A stretch of 56,945 bases of DNA. It comes from Anaeramoeba ignava BMAN (Eukaryota > Protista > Anaeramoebae). The notes under the pieces were generated by a model. That model had not been told where the DNA came from. It saw nothing but the letters and a program-made list of their open reading frames with translations, and did no database searches. Made by a program: the position numbers and the translations under genes. The DNA is taken from contig JAPDFW010000039.1 in NCBI GenBank assembly GCA_028826165.1, forward strand, positions 1 to 56,945. Reading direction: 5' to 3'. Shown piece after piece: positions 11,147 through 24,420 of this stretch. The number at the start of each line of letters is the position of its first letter. Within the stretch, counting starts at the first letter, position 1.

Positions 11147-11174
11147 TAAAATCTCTAATCGTTTGGGAAGACTG
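11147..11174 (-). repeat. TE1 terminal inverted repeat (28 bp)
   Basis: TAAAATCTCTAATCGTTTGGGAAGACTG followed by TA. Confidence 0.97.
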
Positions 11175-13010
11175 TATATTATAAACAAATTTATAACAAA
11201 ATACTTAATTAATTTAATTTTCAATTTATTTATAATTTATATTCAAAAAATAAAAAATCAATTTCTCTCTATATATAAAATATATAAATTTATTTTTCAA
11301 TTTATTTCTAATTTAAATTAAAAATAAAAAAATCAATTTATTTATATATATTATAAACAAATTTATAACAAAATAATTAATTAATTTAATTTCCAATTTA
11401 TTTATAATTTATATTCAAAAAATAAAAAAATCAATTTCTCTCTATATATAAAATATATAAATTTAATTTTCAATTTATTTATAATTCAAATTTAAAATAA
11501 AAATCAATTTATTTATATATATTATAAACAAATTTATAACAAAATACTTAATTAATTTAATTTTCAATTTATTTATAATTTATATTCAAAAATAAAAATC
11601 AATTTCTCTCTATATATAAAATATATAAATTTAATTTTCAATTTATTTATAATTTAAATTTAAAATAAAAATAAAAATCAATTTATTTATATATATTATA
11701 AACAAATTTATAACAAAATAATTAATTAATTTCATTTCCAATTTATTTATAATTTATATTCAAAAATAAAAATCAATTTCTCTCTATATATAAAATATAT
11801 AAATTTAATTTTTAATTTATTTATAATTTAAATTAAAAATAAAAAAATCAATTTATTTATATATATTATAAACAAATTTATAACAAAATAATTTATAAAT
11901 TTAATTCCCAATTTATTTATAATTTATATTCAAAAATAAAAATCAATTTCTCTCTATATATAAAATATATAAATTTATTTTTCAATTAATTTCAATTTAA
12001 ATTAAAAATAAAAAAATCAATTTATTTATATATATAATAAACAAATTTATAATAAAATAATTTATTAATTTAATTCCCAATTTATTTATAATTTATATTC
12101 AAAAATAAAAATCAATTTCTCTCTATATATAAAATATATAAATTTAATTTTCAATTTATTTCAATTCAAATTAAAAATAAAAATAAAAATCAATTTATTT
12201 ATATATATTATAAACAAATTTATAATAAAATAATTTATCAATTTAATTCCCAATTTATTTATAATTTATATTCAAAAATAAAAAAATCAATTTCTCTCTA
12301 TATATAAAATATATAAATTTATTTTTCAATTTATTTATAATTTAAATTAAAAATAAAAATCAATTTATTTATATATATTATAAACAAATTTATAATAAAA
12401 TAATTAATTAATTTAATTCCCAATTTATTTATAATTTATATTCAAAAATAAAAAATCAATTTCTCTCTATATATAAAATATAAATTTATTTTTAATTTAT
12501 TTACAATTCAAATTCAAAAATAAAAAAATCAATTTATTTATATATATTATAAAACAAATTTATAACAAAATACTTTAATTAATTTAATTTCCAATTTATT
12601 TATAATTTATATTCAAAAATAAAAATCAATTTCTCTCTATATATAAAATATATAAATTTATTTTTAATTTATTTCAATTTAAATTAAAAATAAAAAAAAT
12701 CAATTTATTTATATATATTATAAACAAATTTATAACAAAATAATTAATTAATTTAATTTCCAATTTATTTATAATTTATATTCAAAAATAAAAATCAATT
12801 TCTCTCTATATATAAAAATATATAAATTTATTTTTCAATTTATTTATAATTTAAATTAAAAATAAAAAAAATCAATTTATTTATATATATTATAAACAAA
12901 TTTATAATAAAATAATTTATTAATTTAATTTCCAATTTATTTATAATTTATATTCAAAAAATAAAAAATCAATTTCTCTCTATATATAAAATATATAAAT
13001 TTATTTTTGA
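11175..13010. repeat. ~171-bp tandem satellite, array 2 continued
   Basis: Same unit resumes immediately after the TA. Confidence 0.95.
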
Positions 13011-13079
13011 ATTTGAATTTGAATTAAATTTGAATTTAATTTTGAATTTAATTTAATTTGATTTTAATTTAATTTTCAA

Positions 13080-13895
13080 TTTAATTTATATTTTGTAAAC
13101 AATTTAATAAATATTTTTAATTGTAATTTATTTTATTTTCATTTTATTTTGTGTGTAAATAAATTTTGAAAAAAATCAAAAAAAAATAAAATTAATAAAA
13201 TAAATAAAAATAAATTTTGAAAATAATAATTGAATTATTAATAAAATAAAAATATTAAATTAATTAATTAATTAATTATAAATGGAAATTTATTATTATT
13301 AATTATTAAAATATATAAATTTGAAATGAAAATAATAAATAAAAATGAATATTAATTATATTATATAAATATAATGAATGAATATATAATTAACAAATAT
13401 ATAATAATAAATATCAATTCAAAATATATATAATGTAAAATGTTTAAAAATAAAAATAAATTTTAAAAGTATAAATCAAAATAAATAATATTTTTATCAA
13501 CTTTATTTCAATTTATATAAATATAAATCAAAAAAATAAAAAAATCAAATTTTATTTTAATTTATACTTTTAAAAATTTTTCAATAATAAATATTAAATC
13601 AAAATATATATTCAAAATTAATATAATAATGTAATCAAATTTATTATCAATATTATATTAATAAATAATATAATAAATATAATATCAGAATAATAAATAT
13701 ATTAATAAAAATATATTTTATTAAATATTCTTTTTGGATTTGATTTTTATTTTGTAATTCTTTTATATTTTTAGAATAATTATTTATTTATTTTCATTTA
13801 TTATTTTATTCAAAATTTCATTTTAATTTCATTTACAATTTAATTTATTTTAAATATAATTTAATTTCATTTTCAATTTGAAATTATTTTCATTT
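13080..13895. repeat. Dispersed ~800-bp AT-rich module B
   Basis: Landmarks TTTTGTGTGTAAAT, AAAAGTATAAATCAAAAT and TTTTTGGATTTGATTTT recur near 30255, 31845 (partial), 33320, 37420, 38820, 41815, 43345, 44870, 49440 and 53495. Confidence 0.9.
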
Positions 13896-13899
13896 CATA

Positions 13900-15445
13900 T
13901 TTATATATATAATTAATCAATTTAATTTCCAATTTATTTATAATTTATATTCAAAAAATAAAAAATCAATTTCTCTCTATATATAAAATATATAAATTTA
14001 TTTTTCAATTTATTTCAATTCAAATTAAAAATAAAAAAATCAATTTATTTATATATATTATAAACAAATTTATAATAAAATAATTAATTAATTTAATTTC
14101 AATTTATTTATAATTTATATTCAAAAATAAAAATCAATTTCTCTCTATATATAAAATATATAAATTTAATTTTCAATTTATTTATAATTCAAATTAAAAA
14201 TAAAAAAATCAATTTATTTATATATATTATAAACAAATTTATAATAAAATAATTAATTAATTTAATTTTCAATTTATTTATAATTTATATTCAAAAATAA
14301 AAATCAATTTCTCTCTATATATAAAATATATAAATTTAATTTTCAATTTATTTATAATTTAAATTAAAAATAAAAAATCAATTTATTTATATATATTATA
14401 AAACAAATTTATAATAAAATAATTTAATTAATTTAATTTTCAATTTATTTATAATTTATATTCAAAAATAAAAATCAATTTCTCTCTATATATAAAATAT
14501 ATAAATTTATTTTTCAATTTATTTATAATTTAAATTAAAAATAAAAAATCAATTTATTTATATATATTATAAACAAATTTATAACAAAATAATTAATTAA
14601 TTTAATTTTCAATTTATTTATAATTTATATTCAAAAATAAAAAATCAATTTCTCTCTATATATAAAATATATAAATTTAATTTTCAATTTATTTATAATT
14701 TAAATTAAAAATAAAAAAATCAATTTATTTATATATATTATAAACAAATTTATAACAAAATAATTAATTAATTTAATTTCAATTTATTTATAATTTATAT
14801 TCAAAAAATAAAAAATCAATTTCTCTCTATATATAAAATATATAAATTTATTTTTCAATTTATTTATAATTTAAATTAAAAATAAAAAAATCAATTTATT
14901 TATATATATTATAAACAAATTTATAATAAAATACTTTATTAATTTAATTTCCAATTTATTTATAATTTATATTCAAAAATAAAAATCAATTTCTCTCTAT
15001 ATATAAAATATATAAATTTATTTTTAATTTATTTATAATTTAAATTAAAAATAAAAAATCAATTTATTTATATATATTATAAACAAATTTATAACAAAAT
15101 AATTTATTAATTTAATTTTCAATTTATTTATAATTTATATTCAAAAATAAAAATCAATTTCTCTCTATATATAAAATATATAAATTTATTTTCAATTTAT
15201 TTATAATTTAAATTAAAAATAAAAATCAATTTATTTATATATATTATAAACAAATTTATAACAAAATAATTTATTAATTTAATTTCAATTTATTTATAAT
15301 TTATATTCAAAAATAAAAAATCAATTTCTCTCTATATATAAAATATATAAATTTATTTTTAATTTATTTATAATTTAAATTTAAAAATAAAAAAATCAAT
15401 TTATTTATATATATTATAAACAAATTTATAATAAAATAATTTAAT
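13900..15445. repeat. ~171-bp tandem satellite, array 3
   Basis: Same unit. Confidence 0.95.
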
Positions 15446-17094
15446 AAATTTAAATTCAAAAATAAAAATCAATAATTTCAAAAATCTAAATTTATACTTA
15501 TTTATATCATTATTTATATTTATAATTTATCAAAGGTAATTAATTAATTAAATTTCTTTTTCACTTCATTTAGATTCAATTTATCTGATTATTATCTATT
15601 ATTTATTTATTTATTATTTTAAATTATTTTATTTTTATTAAATAAATTTTGATTTTGGAAAAAATATCAATCAATTAATTAATAATCAATAAATAATTTA
15701 TTTCTAATTCATTTCATTTTTCATTTTCAAAATCAAATTCAAAATCAAAATTAAATTCAAATTCAAATCAAATCAAATCAAATCAAATCAAATCAAATTA
15801 AATTCAAAATTTAAATCAAAATTCAAATTCAAAATTCAAAATCTATTGATAATTTGTTCTGAAAATAAAATCTAAATATAAATATAAAAAAAATCAAATT
15901 GATATTATTTTTATATGTTTTATTTAGAAACAAAAAAAAATCATCAAATTTGTTTTGTTTTGTTTGTTTCATTTCTTTTAATATTTTTATCTAAAATAAA
16001 TAAATTAAAAATCCAATTTTTCTTTTTCTTTTCTTTTCTTTTTTTATTGATTCAAAATATTCCATAAAAATAAAAAATAAAAAAAATTGATTATTAATTT
16101 TTTTATAAGTTTTTGGAATTCCTTAAAATGTCTGTATTCATTTTAAAATATTTATTATTTTATTATTTTATTATTTATTTTTATTATTAATAAATTTAAA
16201 TTATTGATTTTATTTCTATTCTTAATTTTATATTTAATTTAAATTATAAAATTATATTTTATTATTTATTTTTATTATTAATAAATTTAAATTATTGATT
16301 TTATTTCTATTCTTAATTTTATATTTATTTTAAATTATAAAATTATATTTTATTATTTATTTTTATTATTAATTATTTAATTAATTATTTTTATTTATTT
16401 TGAAAACTTTTTATTTCAAGACAATTTAATATCTAAATCCAAAACTACTTTATTAACTAATTTACTTGTAAGTTTATTTTAATTCACAAAATTTATAAAT
16501 TTATAAATTAATTAATTAATTTTACTTATATTTTTATTTTTATATTAGATAAAATCTTTATTTTATTCATTTTCAATTCTTCCAAAAAAAAATCATTATT
16601 TATAATCCACAATTTACCAAAATTAATTAATTATTTATTTATTTATTTATTGAATTAATGAAACTTCTTTTTCACTTCATTTAGATTAGATTAGATTAGA
16701 TTAGATTCAATTTATCTGATTATTTATTTATTTATTTATTATTATTCATTTATTAATTTATTCCAAATTATTTTTATTTATATTTTTATTTATAAATAAA
16801 TGGATTTTGATTTGGAAAATATCATTAATTAATTAATTAATAAATTATTTCTAATTTTCATTTTTCATTTTTCATTTTTCATTTTTCATTTTTCATTTTT
16901 CATTTTTTTCTTAGAAGAATAAAAATAAAAATAAAAATAAAAATTACCTTCACAAAATGAAAGGAAATCTCAAAAACTAATAAAATATTCAATCCAATCC
17001 AATCCAATTCAATTCAATTCAATTCAATTCAATTCAATTCAAAAGTAAATTTATTTATTTATTTATTTAAAAATTTAAAAATTTAATTTTATTT

Positions 17095-17455
17095 CTATTT
17101 CAATTATAAATAATTAAATAATAAATTTAAATTAATTATTTTATTTCTATTATTAATTTTATATTTATTTTAAATTATAAAATTATTTTTAATTATTTAT
17201 TTTTATTATTAATTATTTAATTAAATATTTTTATTATTTTTATTTCAATTATAAATAATTAAATAATAAATTTAAATTAATTATTTTATTTCTATTATTA
17301 ATTTTATATTTATTTTAAATTATAAAATTATATTTTATTATTTATTTTTATTATTAATTATTTAATTAATTATTTTTATTATTTTTATTTCAATTATAAA
17401 TAATTAAATAATAAATTTAAATTAATTATTTTATTTCTATTATTTAATTTATTAT
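17095..17455. repeat. ~145-bp tandem satellite (short array)
   Basis: CAATTATAAATAATTAAATAATAAATTT at 17101, 17246 and 17391. Confidence 0.9.
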
Positions 17456-17992
17456 TTTATTTATTATTTTTATTAGGTTAAATAGGTTTTAAATTGAAAA
17501 TTTTGATTAGTGCTTTTATTTTTTAAAAACAAAAACAAAAAATATATTCATTTTCAAAAACATTTTAATTAATGTAATCTTTATAAAATCAAAAATCAAA
17601 AATCAAAAATCAAAAATCAAAAATCAAAAATGAAAAGAATTTATAATTAATTAATTAATTAATTGATTCTAAATTAATTAATATAAGATTCAAAAATAAT
17701 TAACAAAATCTTTTTAATTATTTAAAATGTAATCAAAAATCAAAAAATCAAAAAATAATCAATATTAATATTAATAATAATAATATTAAAATCAATTTTT
17801 CTTTCAATATAAATAATCAAAACAAAAAAACTATTCATTAACAAAATAAATTTATTAATATTAATTCTAAATTTTTAATTTTTAATTTTAATTTTAATTT
17901 ACATTTATTGAAGGAAATTTCTTATTGTTGTTATTGTTCTTGTTGTTGTTCTTGTTGATAATTTAAAACAAAAATAACGAAAAATAAATTGA

Positions 17993-19435
17993 TTGATTTT
18001 CAGATTGATTTTCAGATTTATTTTCAGATTTATTTTTAGATTTATTTTCAGATTTATTTTCAGATTTATTTTCAGATTTATTTTAAGATTTATTTTCAGA
18101 TTTATTTTCAGATTTATTTTCAGATTTATTTTAAGATTTATTTTTAGATTTATTTTCAGATTTATTTTCAGATTTATTTTAAGATTTATTTTCAGATTGA
18201 TTTTCAGATTGATTTTCAGATTTATTTTCAGATTTATTTTAAGATTTATTTTCAGATTTATTTTAAGATTTATTTTTAGATTTATTTTCAGATTTATTTT
18301 CAGATTTATTTTCAGATTTATTTTAAGATTTATTTTCAGATTTATTTTCAGATTGATTTTTAAGATTTATTTTCAGATTTATTTTCAGATTTATTTTCAG
18401 ATTTATTTTCAGATTTATTTTAAGATTTATTTTCAGATTGATTTTCAGATTTATTTTCAGATTTATTTTAGATTTTATTTTCAGATTATTTTGATTTATT
18501 TTATTTTCAGATTTATTTTCAGATTTATTTTCAGATTTATTTTCAGATTTATTTTAAGATTTATTTTCAGATTTATTTTCAGATTTATTTTCAGATTTAT
18601 TTTCAGATTTATTTTCAGATTTATTTTAAGATTTATTTTCAGATTTATTTTCAGATTTATTTTCAGATTTATTTTCAGATTTATTTTCAGATTTATTTTC
18701 AGATTTATTTTCAGATTTATTTTCAGATTTATTTTAAGATTTATTTTCAGATTTATTTTAAGATTTATTTTCAGATTTATTTTCAGATTTATTTTCAGAT
18801 TTATTTTCAGATTTATTTTCAGATTTATTTTCAGATTTATTTTAAGATTTATTTTAAGATTTATTTTCAGATTTATTTTCAGATTTATTTTCAGATTTAT
18901 TTTCAGATTTATTTTCAGATTTATTTTTAGATTGATTTATTTTCAGATTTATTTTCAGATTGATTTATTTTCAGATTTATTTTCAGATTTATTTTCAGAT
19001 TTATTTTCAGATTTATTTTCAGATTTATTTTCAGATTTATTTTAAGATTTATTTTCAGATTTATTTTCAGATTGATTTTCAGATTGATTTTCAGATTTAT
19101 TTTCAGATTTATTTTAAGATTTATTTTCAGATTTATTTTCAGATTTATTTTCAGATTTATTTTCAGATTGATTTTCAGATTTATTTTAAGATTTATTTTC
19201 AGATTTATTTTCAGATTTATTTTAAGATTTATTTTCAGATTGATTTTAAGATTTATTTTCAGATTTATTTTAAGATTTATTTTCAGATTTATTTTCAGAT
19301 TTATTTTCAGATTTATTTTAAGATTGATTTTTAGATTTATTTTCAGATTTATTTTCAGATTTATTTTCAGATTTATTTTCAGATTTATTTTAAGATTTAT
19401 TTTTAGATTTATTTTCAGATTTATTTTCAGATTGA
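17993..19435. repeat. 12-bp minisatellite (ATTTTCAGATTT)n, ~120 copies
   Basis: Direct reading, with variants ATTTTAAGATTT and ATTTTCAGATTG. Confidence 0.97.
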
Positions 19436-20340
19436 TATTTATTTATTTGGCTTTTAAAAATGATTTAGAAACTATTGAATAAATAATTTACAAAACAAAT
19501 GAATTGATTTATTTTCATTTAAGAAGACAAATAACACATAATTTATGTTTATATTTATATTTATATTTATATTTATATTTATATTTATATTTTCAATAAA
19601 TAAAATAAAAAGAAATGATTTTTTATTTATTTATTTATTTATTTAACATTTTTGAAATCAAAATCAAAATCAAAATCAAAATAAAAATCAAAATAAAAAT
19701 CATGTAAACTTTGAATGTAATTAATTAATTTATTTATTATTTATTTATTTATTTATAAATTAAAAATTATTTTAGATTTTAATTAATTAATAAATAAATA
19801 AATAAATAATAAAAGATTGAAGTAAATAAATAATATAAACAAAAAAAAATGAAAATGAAAATAAAAATAAATATAAACTTTCAAAGTAATTGAAATTTAG
19901 ATACAATTCCTTAATTAAAATTATTCTAAATTTAAATAAAAAAAATTGAAAAGAAAAATGGAAAAATGTTTTTGTGGATTTTTAAAAAGTGGAATTCATT
20001 TTTCTTTCTTCTTTCATTTTTCTTTTTTTTTTATATATATAATATATAAATAAATCTATTGAAAATTTGAAAATAAAAATAAAAATAAAAATAAAAATAA
20101 AAATAAAAAATAAAAAATAAAAAAGGGGGATGTTCATCTTTGGCAATGTTTTAAGCTTTGAAATTAGCCACCCGCCCAAAGAAAAAGCTGGTGTTAACAT
20201 ACTCACCCGAGTCTACGCCCTTATTTATTTCTAATTATTAATTATTAATCAATCCAAATTAAATCAATTTAAAATCAATTTAATAATTAATAATTCTAAT
20301 CAAAATTGAACAATATAAGAACAATAATGAAAAGAAATAA

Positions 20341-20513
20341 ATAAGAAACGCGACATTTGTCGTCTTCGTGTAAAGCCCCAAGTCGTCAACTGAGCCTCCC
20401 CGCCGTAGCGTAGCGGAGAGGCCGAAGGCCGGTGCATTGGGGGAGGTGAAGTTGAAAGACATTGGGGCATTTACTCGAAAAACGACAAAGTACGCGATAT
20501 GATCCTTTCTTAT
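20341..20513. other. GC-rich long imperfect inverted repeat with branched apex (hairpin locus 1)
   Basis: Paired segments CGCG/CGCG, TTTGTCGT/ACGACAAA, TTCG/CGAA, GTAAA/TTTAC, GCCCCAA/TTGGGGC, GTC/GAC, TCAACT/AGTTGA and CCTCCCC/GGGGAGG. The apex holds GCGTAGC and GGCCGAAGGCC. Confidence 0.85.
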
Positions 20514-21379
20514 ATTTATATTTATATTTATATTTATATTTATATATTTTATTTCAAGTAAATTTAATATCTAAATCCAAAAATTACTTTATTAACTAAT
20601 TTATTATTTGTAAGTTTATTTTAATTTCCAAAAATAAAATAAATTAATTAATTAATTTTATTCTATTTATAATTAATATTTATTCTAATTTATTTTTATA
20701 TTTATATTTATATTAGATAAAATGTTTATTTTATTTTATTTTATTTTATTTTATTTTATTTTATTCATCTTCATTTCCAAAATAAAAATAATTCCAAAAA
20801 AAATCTAAATTTATATTTATTAATATCTATCATTATTTATAATTATAATTTATCAAAATTAATTAATGGAATTTCTTTTTTCAATTAAATTAGATTAGAT
20901 TAAATTAGATTAGATTTATCTATTATTCTAAATTATTTATCATTTTAAATTACTTTATTTATTTATTTATTTTATTTTTATTTTTAATAAATAAATAAAT
21001 TTTGATTTTGATTTTGGAAAATATCATTAATTGATTAATAAATAATAAAATAAAATAAATCAATAATTTATTTCTAATTCATTTTTTGTTTTTTGTTTTT
21101 GTTTTTGTTTTTGTTTTTGTTTTTTAATAATTTTTATTTTTAAATTTCCAAATTCATTTTTCATTTTTCATTTTTCATTTTTTTTTCTTTTCAAAGAATA
21201 TTTATAAATATAAATATAAATATAAAAATTACCTTTAGAAAATGAAAGGAAACACCAAACACTAAAAAAATATTCAATTCAAATTAATTTAAAAGTAAAT
21301 TTAGATTATTAATTTATTTATTTATTTATTTACAATTTAAAAATTTAATTTAAATTTTATTTTTATAAATTTAAATTAA

Positions 21380-23410
21380 ATTTAAATTATAAATAATTAA
21401 ATAATTTTTAAATTTAAATTATTTTTTATTTTTTATTATTATTATTATTAAATTTTATTTTTATTTTAATTAAATATAAAATTATTTTTTAAATTATAAA
21501 ATTATTTTTATTTATTTATTTTATTAATTATTTTTAAATTATTTTTATTATTTTTATTTCAATTATAAATAATTAAATAATAAATTTAAATTAAAATATT
21601 TTATTTTATTTTTTATTTTTTTTATTTCAAATTTAAAATTATATTTTATTTTAAATTATTTAAAATAAATTAAATAATAAATTTAAATTAATTATTTATT
21701 TTATTATTAATTTTTATTTATTTTAAATTATAAAACTATTTTTTATTATTTATTTTTATTATTAATTATTTAATTAATTATTTTTATTATTTTTATTTCA
21801 ATTATAAATAATTAAATAATAAATTTAAATTAAATATTTTATTTCTATTATTAATTTTATATTTATTTTAAATTTATAAAATTATATTTTTATTATTTAT
21901 TTTTTTTATTATTAATTATTTAATTAAATATTTTTATTATTTTTATTTCAATTATAAATAATTAAATAATAAATTTAAATTAATTATTTTATTTCTATTA
22001 TTAATTTTATATTTATTTTAAATTATAAAAATTATTTTTATTATTTATTTTTATTATTAATTATTTAATTAAATTATTTTTATTATTTTTATTTCAATTA
22101 TAAATAATTAAATAATAAATTTAAATTAATTATTTTATTTCTATTATTAATTTTATATTTATTTTAAATTATAAAATTATTTTTTATTATTTATTTTTAT
22201 TATTAATTATTTAATTAAATATTTTTATTATTTTTATTTCAATTATAAATAATTAAATAATAAATTTAAATTATTTATTTTATTTCTATTATTAATTTTA
22301 TATTTATTTTAAATTATAAAATTATATTTTTATTATTTATTTTTATTATTAATTATTTAATTTATTATTTTTATTTCAAAAATAATTAAAATAATAAATT
22401 TAAATTAATTATTTATTTTTATTATTAATTTTATTTTATTTTAAAATTTAATTAAATTTATTTTTATTATTTATTTTTATTAATTATTTAATTAAATATT
22501 TATATTATTTTTATTTCAATTAATTCTATTATTAATTTTATATTTATTTTTAAATTATAAAATTATTTTTATTTTTATTTTTATTATTAATTATTTAATT
22601 AAATATTTTTATTATTTTTATTTCAATTATAAATAATTAAATAATAAATTTTAAATTTTTTTATTTTATTTTTATTATTATTTTATTTTTATTTTTAAAT
22701 TATAAAATTATTTTTTATTATTTATTTTTATTATTAATTATTTAATTAAATATTTTTATTATTTTTATTTCAATTATAAATAATTAAATAATAAATTTAA
22801 AATTAATTATTTTATTTCTATTATTTTTTTTATTTATTTTAAATTATAAAATTTTTTTTTTATTTTTTATTTTATTATTAATTATTTAATTAAATATTTT
22901 TATTATTTTTATTTCAATTATAAATAATTAAATAATAAATTTAAATTAATTATTTTATTTCTATTATTAATTTTATATTTATTTCAAATTATAAAATTAT
23001 ATTTTTATTATTTATTTTTATTATTAATTATTTAATTAAATATTTTTATTATTTTTATTTCAATTATAAATAATTAAATAATAAATTTAAATTAATTATT
23101 TTATTTCTATTATTAATTTTATATTTATTTTAAATTATAAAATTATTTTTTATTATTTATTTTTATTATTAATTATTTAATTAATTATTTTTATTATTTT
23201 TATTTCAATTATAAATAATTAAATAATAAATTTAAATTAATTATTTTATTTCTATTATTTAATTTTATATTTATTTTAAATTATAAAATTATTTTTTATT
23301 ATTTTTATTTTTATTATTAATTATTTAATTAAATATTTTTATTATTTTTATTTCAATTATAAATAATTAAATAATAAATATTTTAAATTTAATTTTTTAT
23401 TATTTTATTT
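21380..23410. repeat. ~145-150-bp tandem satellite (long array, ~14 copies)
   Basis: Landmark C at 21799, 21949, 22095, 22240 and onward. Confidence 0.9.
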
Positions 23411-23907
23411 CTATTATTTTTATTAGGTTAAATAGGTTTTAAATTGAAAATTTTGATTAGTGCTTTTATTTTTTAAAAACAAAAAAACAAAAAATATTCA
23501 CTTTCAAAAACATTTTAATTAATGTAATCTTTATAAAATCAAAAATCAAAAATGAAAAATGAAAAGAATTTATAATTAATTAATTAATTAATTAATTGAT
23601 TCTAAATTAATTAATACAAGATTCAAAAATAATTAACAAAATCTTTTTAATTATTTAAAATATAAAAGAATCAAAAAATAATCAATATTAATATTAATAT
23701 TAATAATATTAAAATCAATTTTTCTTTCAATATCAATAATCAAAACAAAAAAACTATTCATTAACAAAATAAATTTATTAATATTAATTCTAAATTTTTA
23801 ATTTTTAATTTTAGTTATAATTTACATTTATTGAAGGAAATTTCTTATTGTTGTTATTGTTCTTGTTCTTGTTGATAATTTAAAACAAAAATAACGAAAA
23901 ATAAATT

Positions 23908-24055
23908 GATTGATTTTCAGATTGATTTTCAGATTTATTTTCAGATTGATTTTCAGATTTATTTTCAGATTTATTTTCAGATTTATTTTCAGATTTATTT
24001 TCAGATTTATTTTCAGATTTATTTTCAGATTTATTTTCAGATTGATTTTCAGATT
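23908..24055. repeat. 12-bp minisatellite (ATTTTCAGATTT)n, ~12 copies
   Basis: Same unit and flanks as 17993-19435. Confidence 0.95.
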
Positions 24056-24420
24056 GATTGATTGATTTAATTTGATTTATTTCTCTCTTTATTTGGATAA
24101 TTTTGCTTTTTAAAAATGATTTAGAAACTATTGAATGTATACTTTACAAACCAAATGAATTGATTTATTTTCATTTAAGAAGACAAATAACACATAATTT
24201 ATATTTATATTTATATTTCTATTTCTATTTATATTTTTCAATAAATAAAATAAAAAGAAATGATTTTTTTATTTATCATTTTTGAAATAAAAATCAAAAT
24301 AAAAACCAAAATCAAAATCAAAACAATGTAAAGTTTGATTATAATTAATTACGATTTATTTATAATTTATGAATGAAAAATTATTTTAGATTTTAATAAT
24401 AAAAAAAAAATGAAAAAAAA

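Larger units (their letters stand above)
7972..11174 (-). mobile_element. TE1: Tc1/mariner-superfamily pogo/Fot1-like DNA transposon, 3203 bp, apparently autonomous
   Basis: Perfect 28-bp TIRs CAGTCTTCCCAAACGATTAGAGATTTTA (7972-7999 and 11147-11174), TA on both sides (7970-7971, 11175-11176), and an intact transposase ORF. Confidence 0.96.

Noticed and set aside
17993-19482. (FRFI)n and (YFQI)n ORFs
   Set aside because: Translations of a stop-free 12-bp minisatellite.
19982-20462. ORFs 19982-20206 and 20280-20462
   Set aside because: Non-ATG starts, low-complexity tails and no domain signal; open mainly because of local GC content and simple repeats.
20341-20513. SRP RNA, tRNA, 5S rRNA or hammerhead ribozyme as the identity of hairpin 1
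   Set aside because: No SRP helix-8 AGG..GNRA..AGCA motif, no cloverleaf, no 5S boxes and no CUGANGA/GAAA core were found by eye; an Rfam search is still needed.
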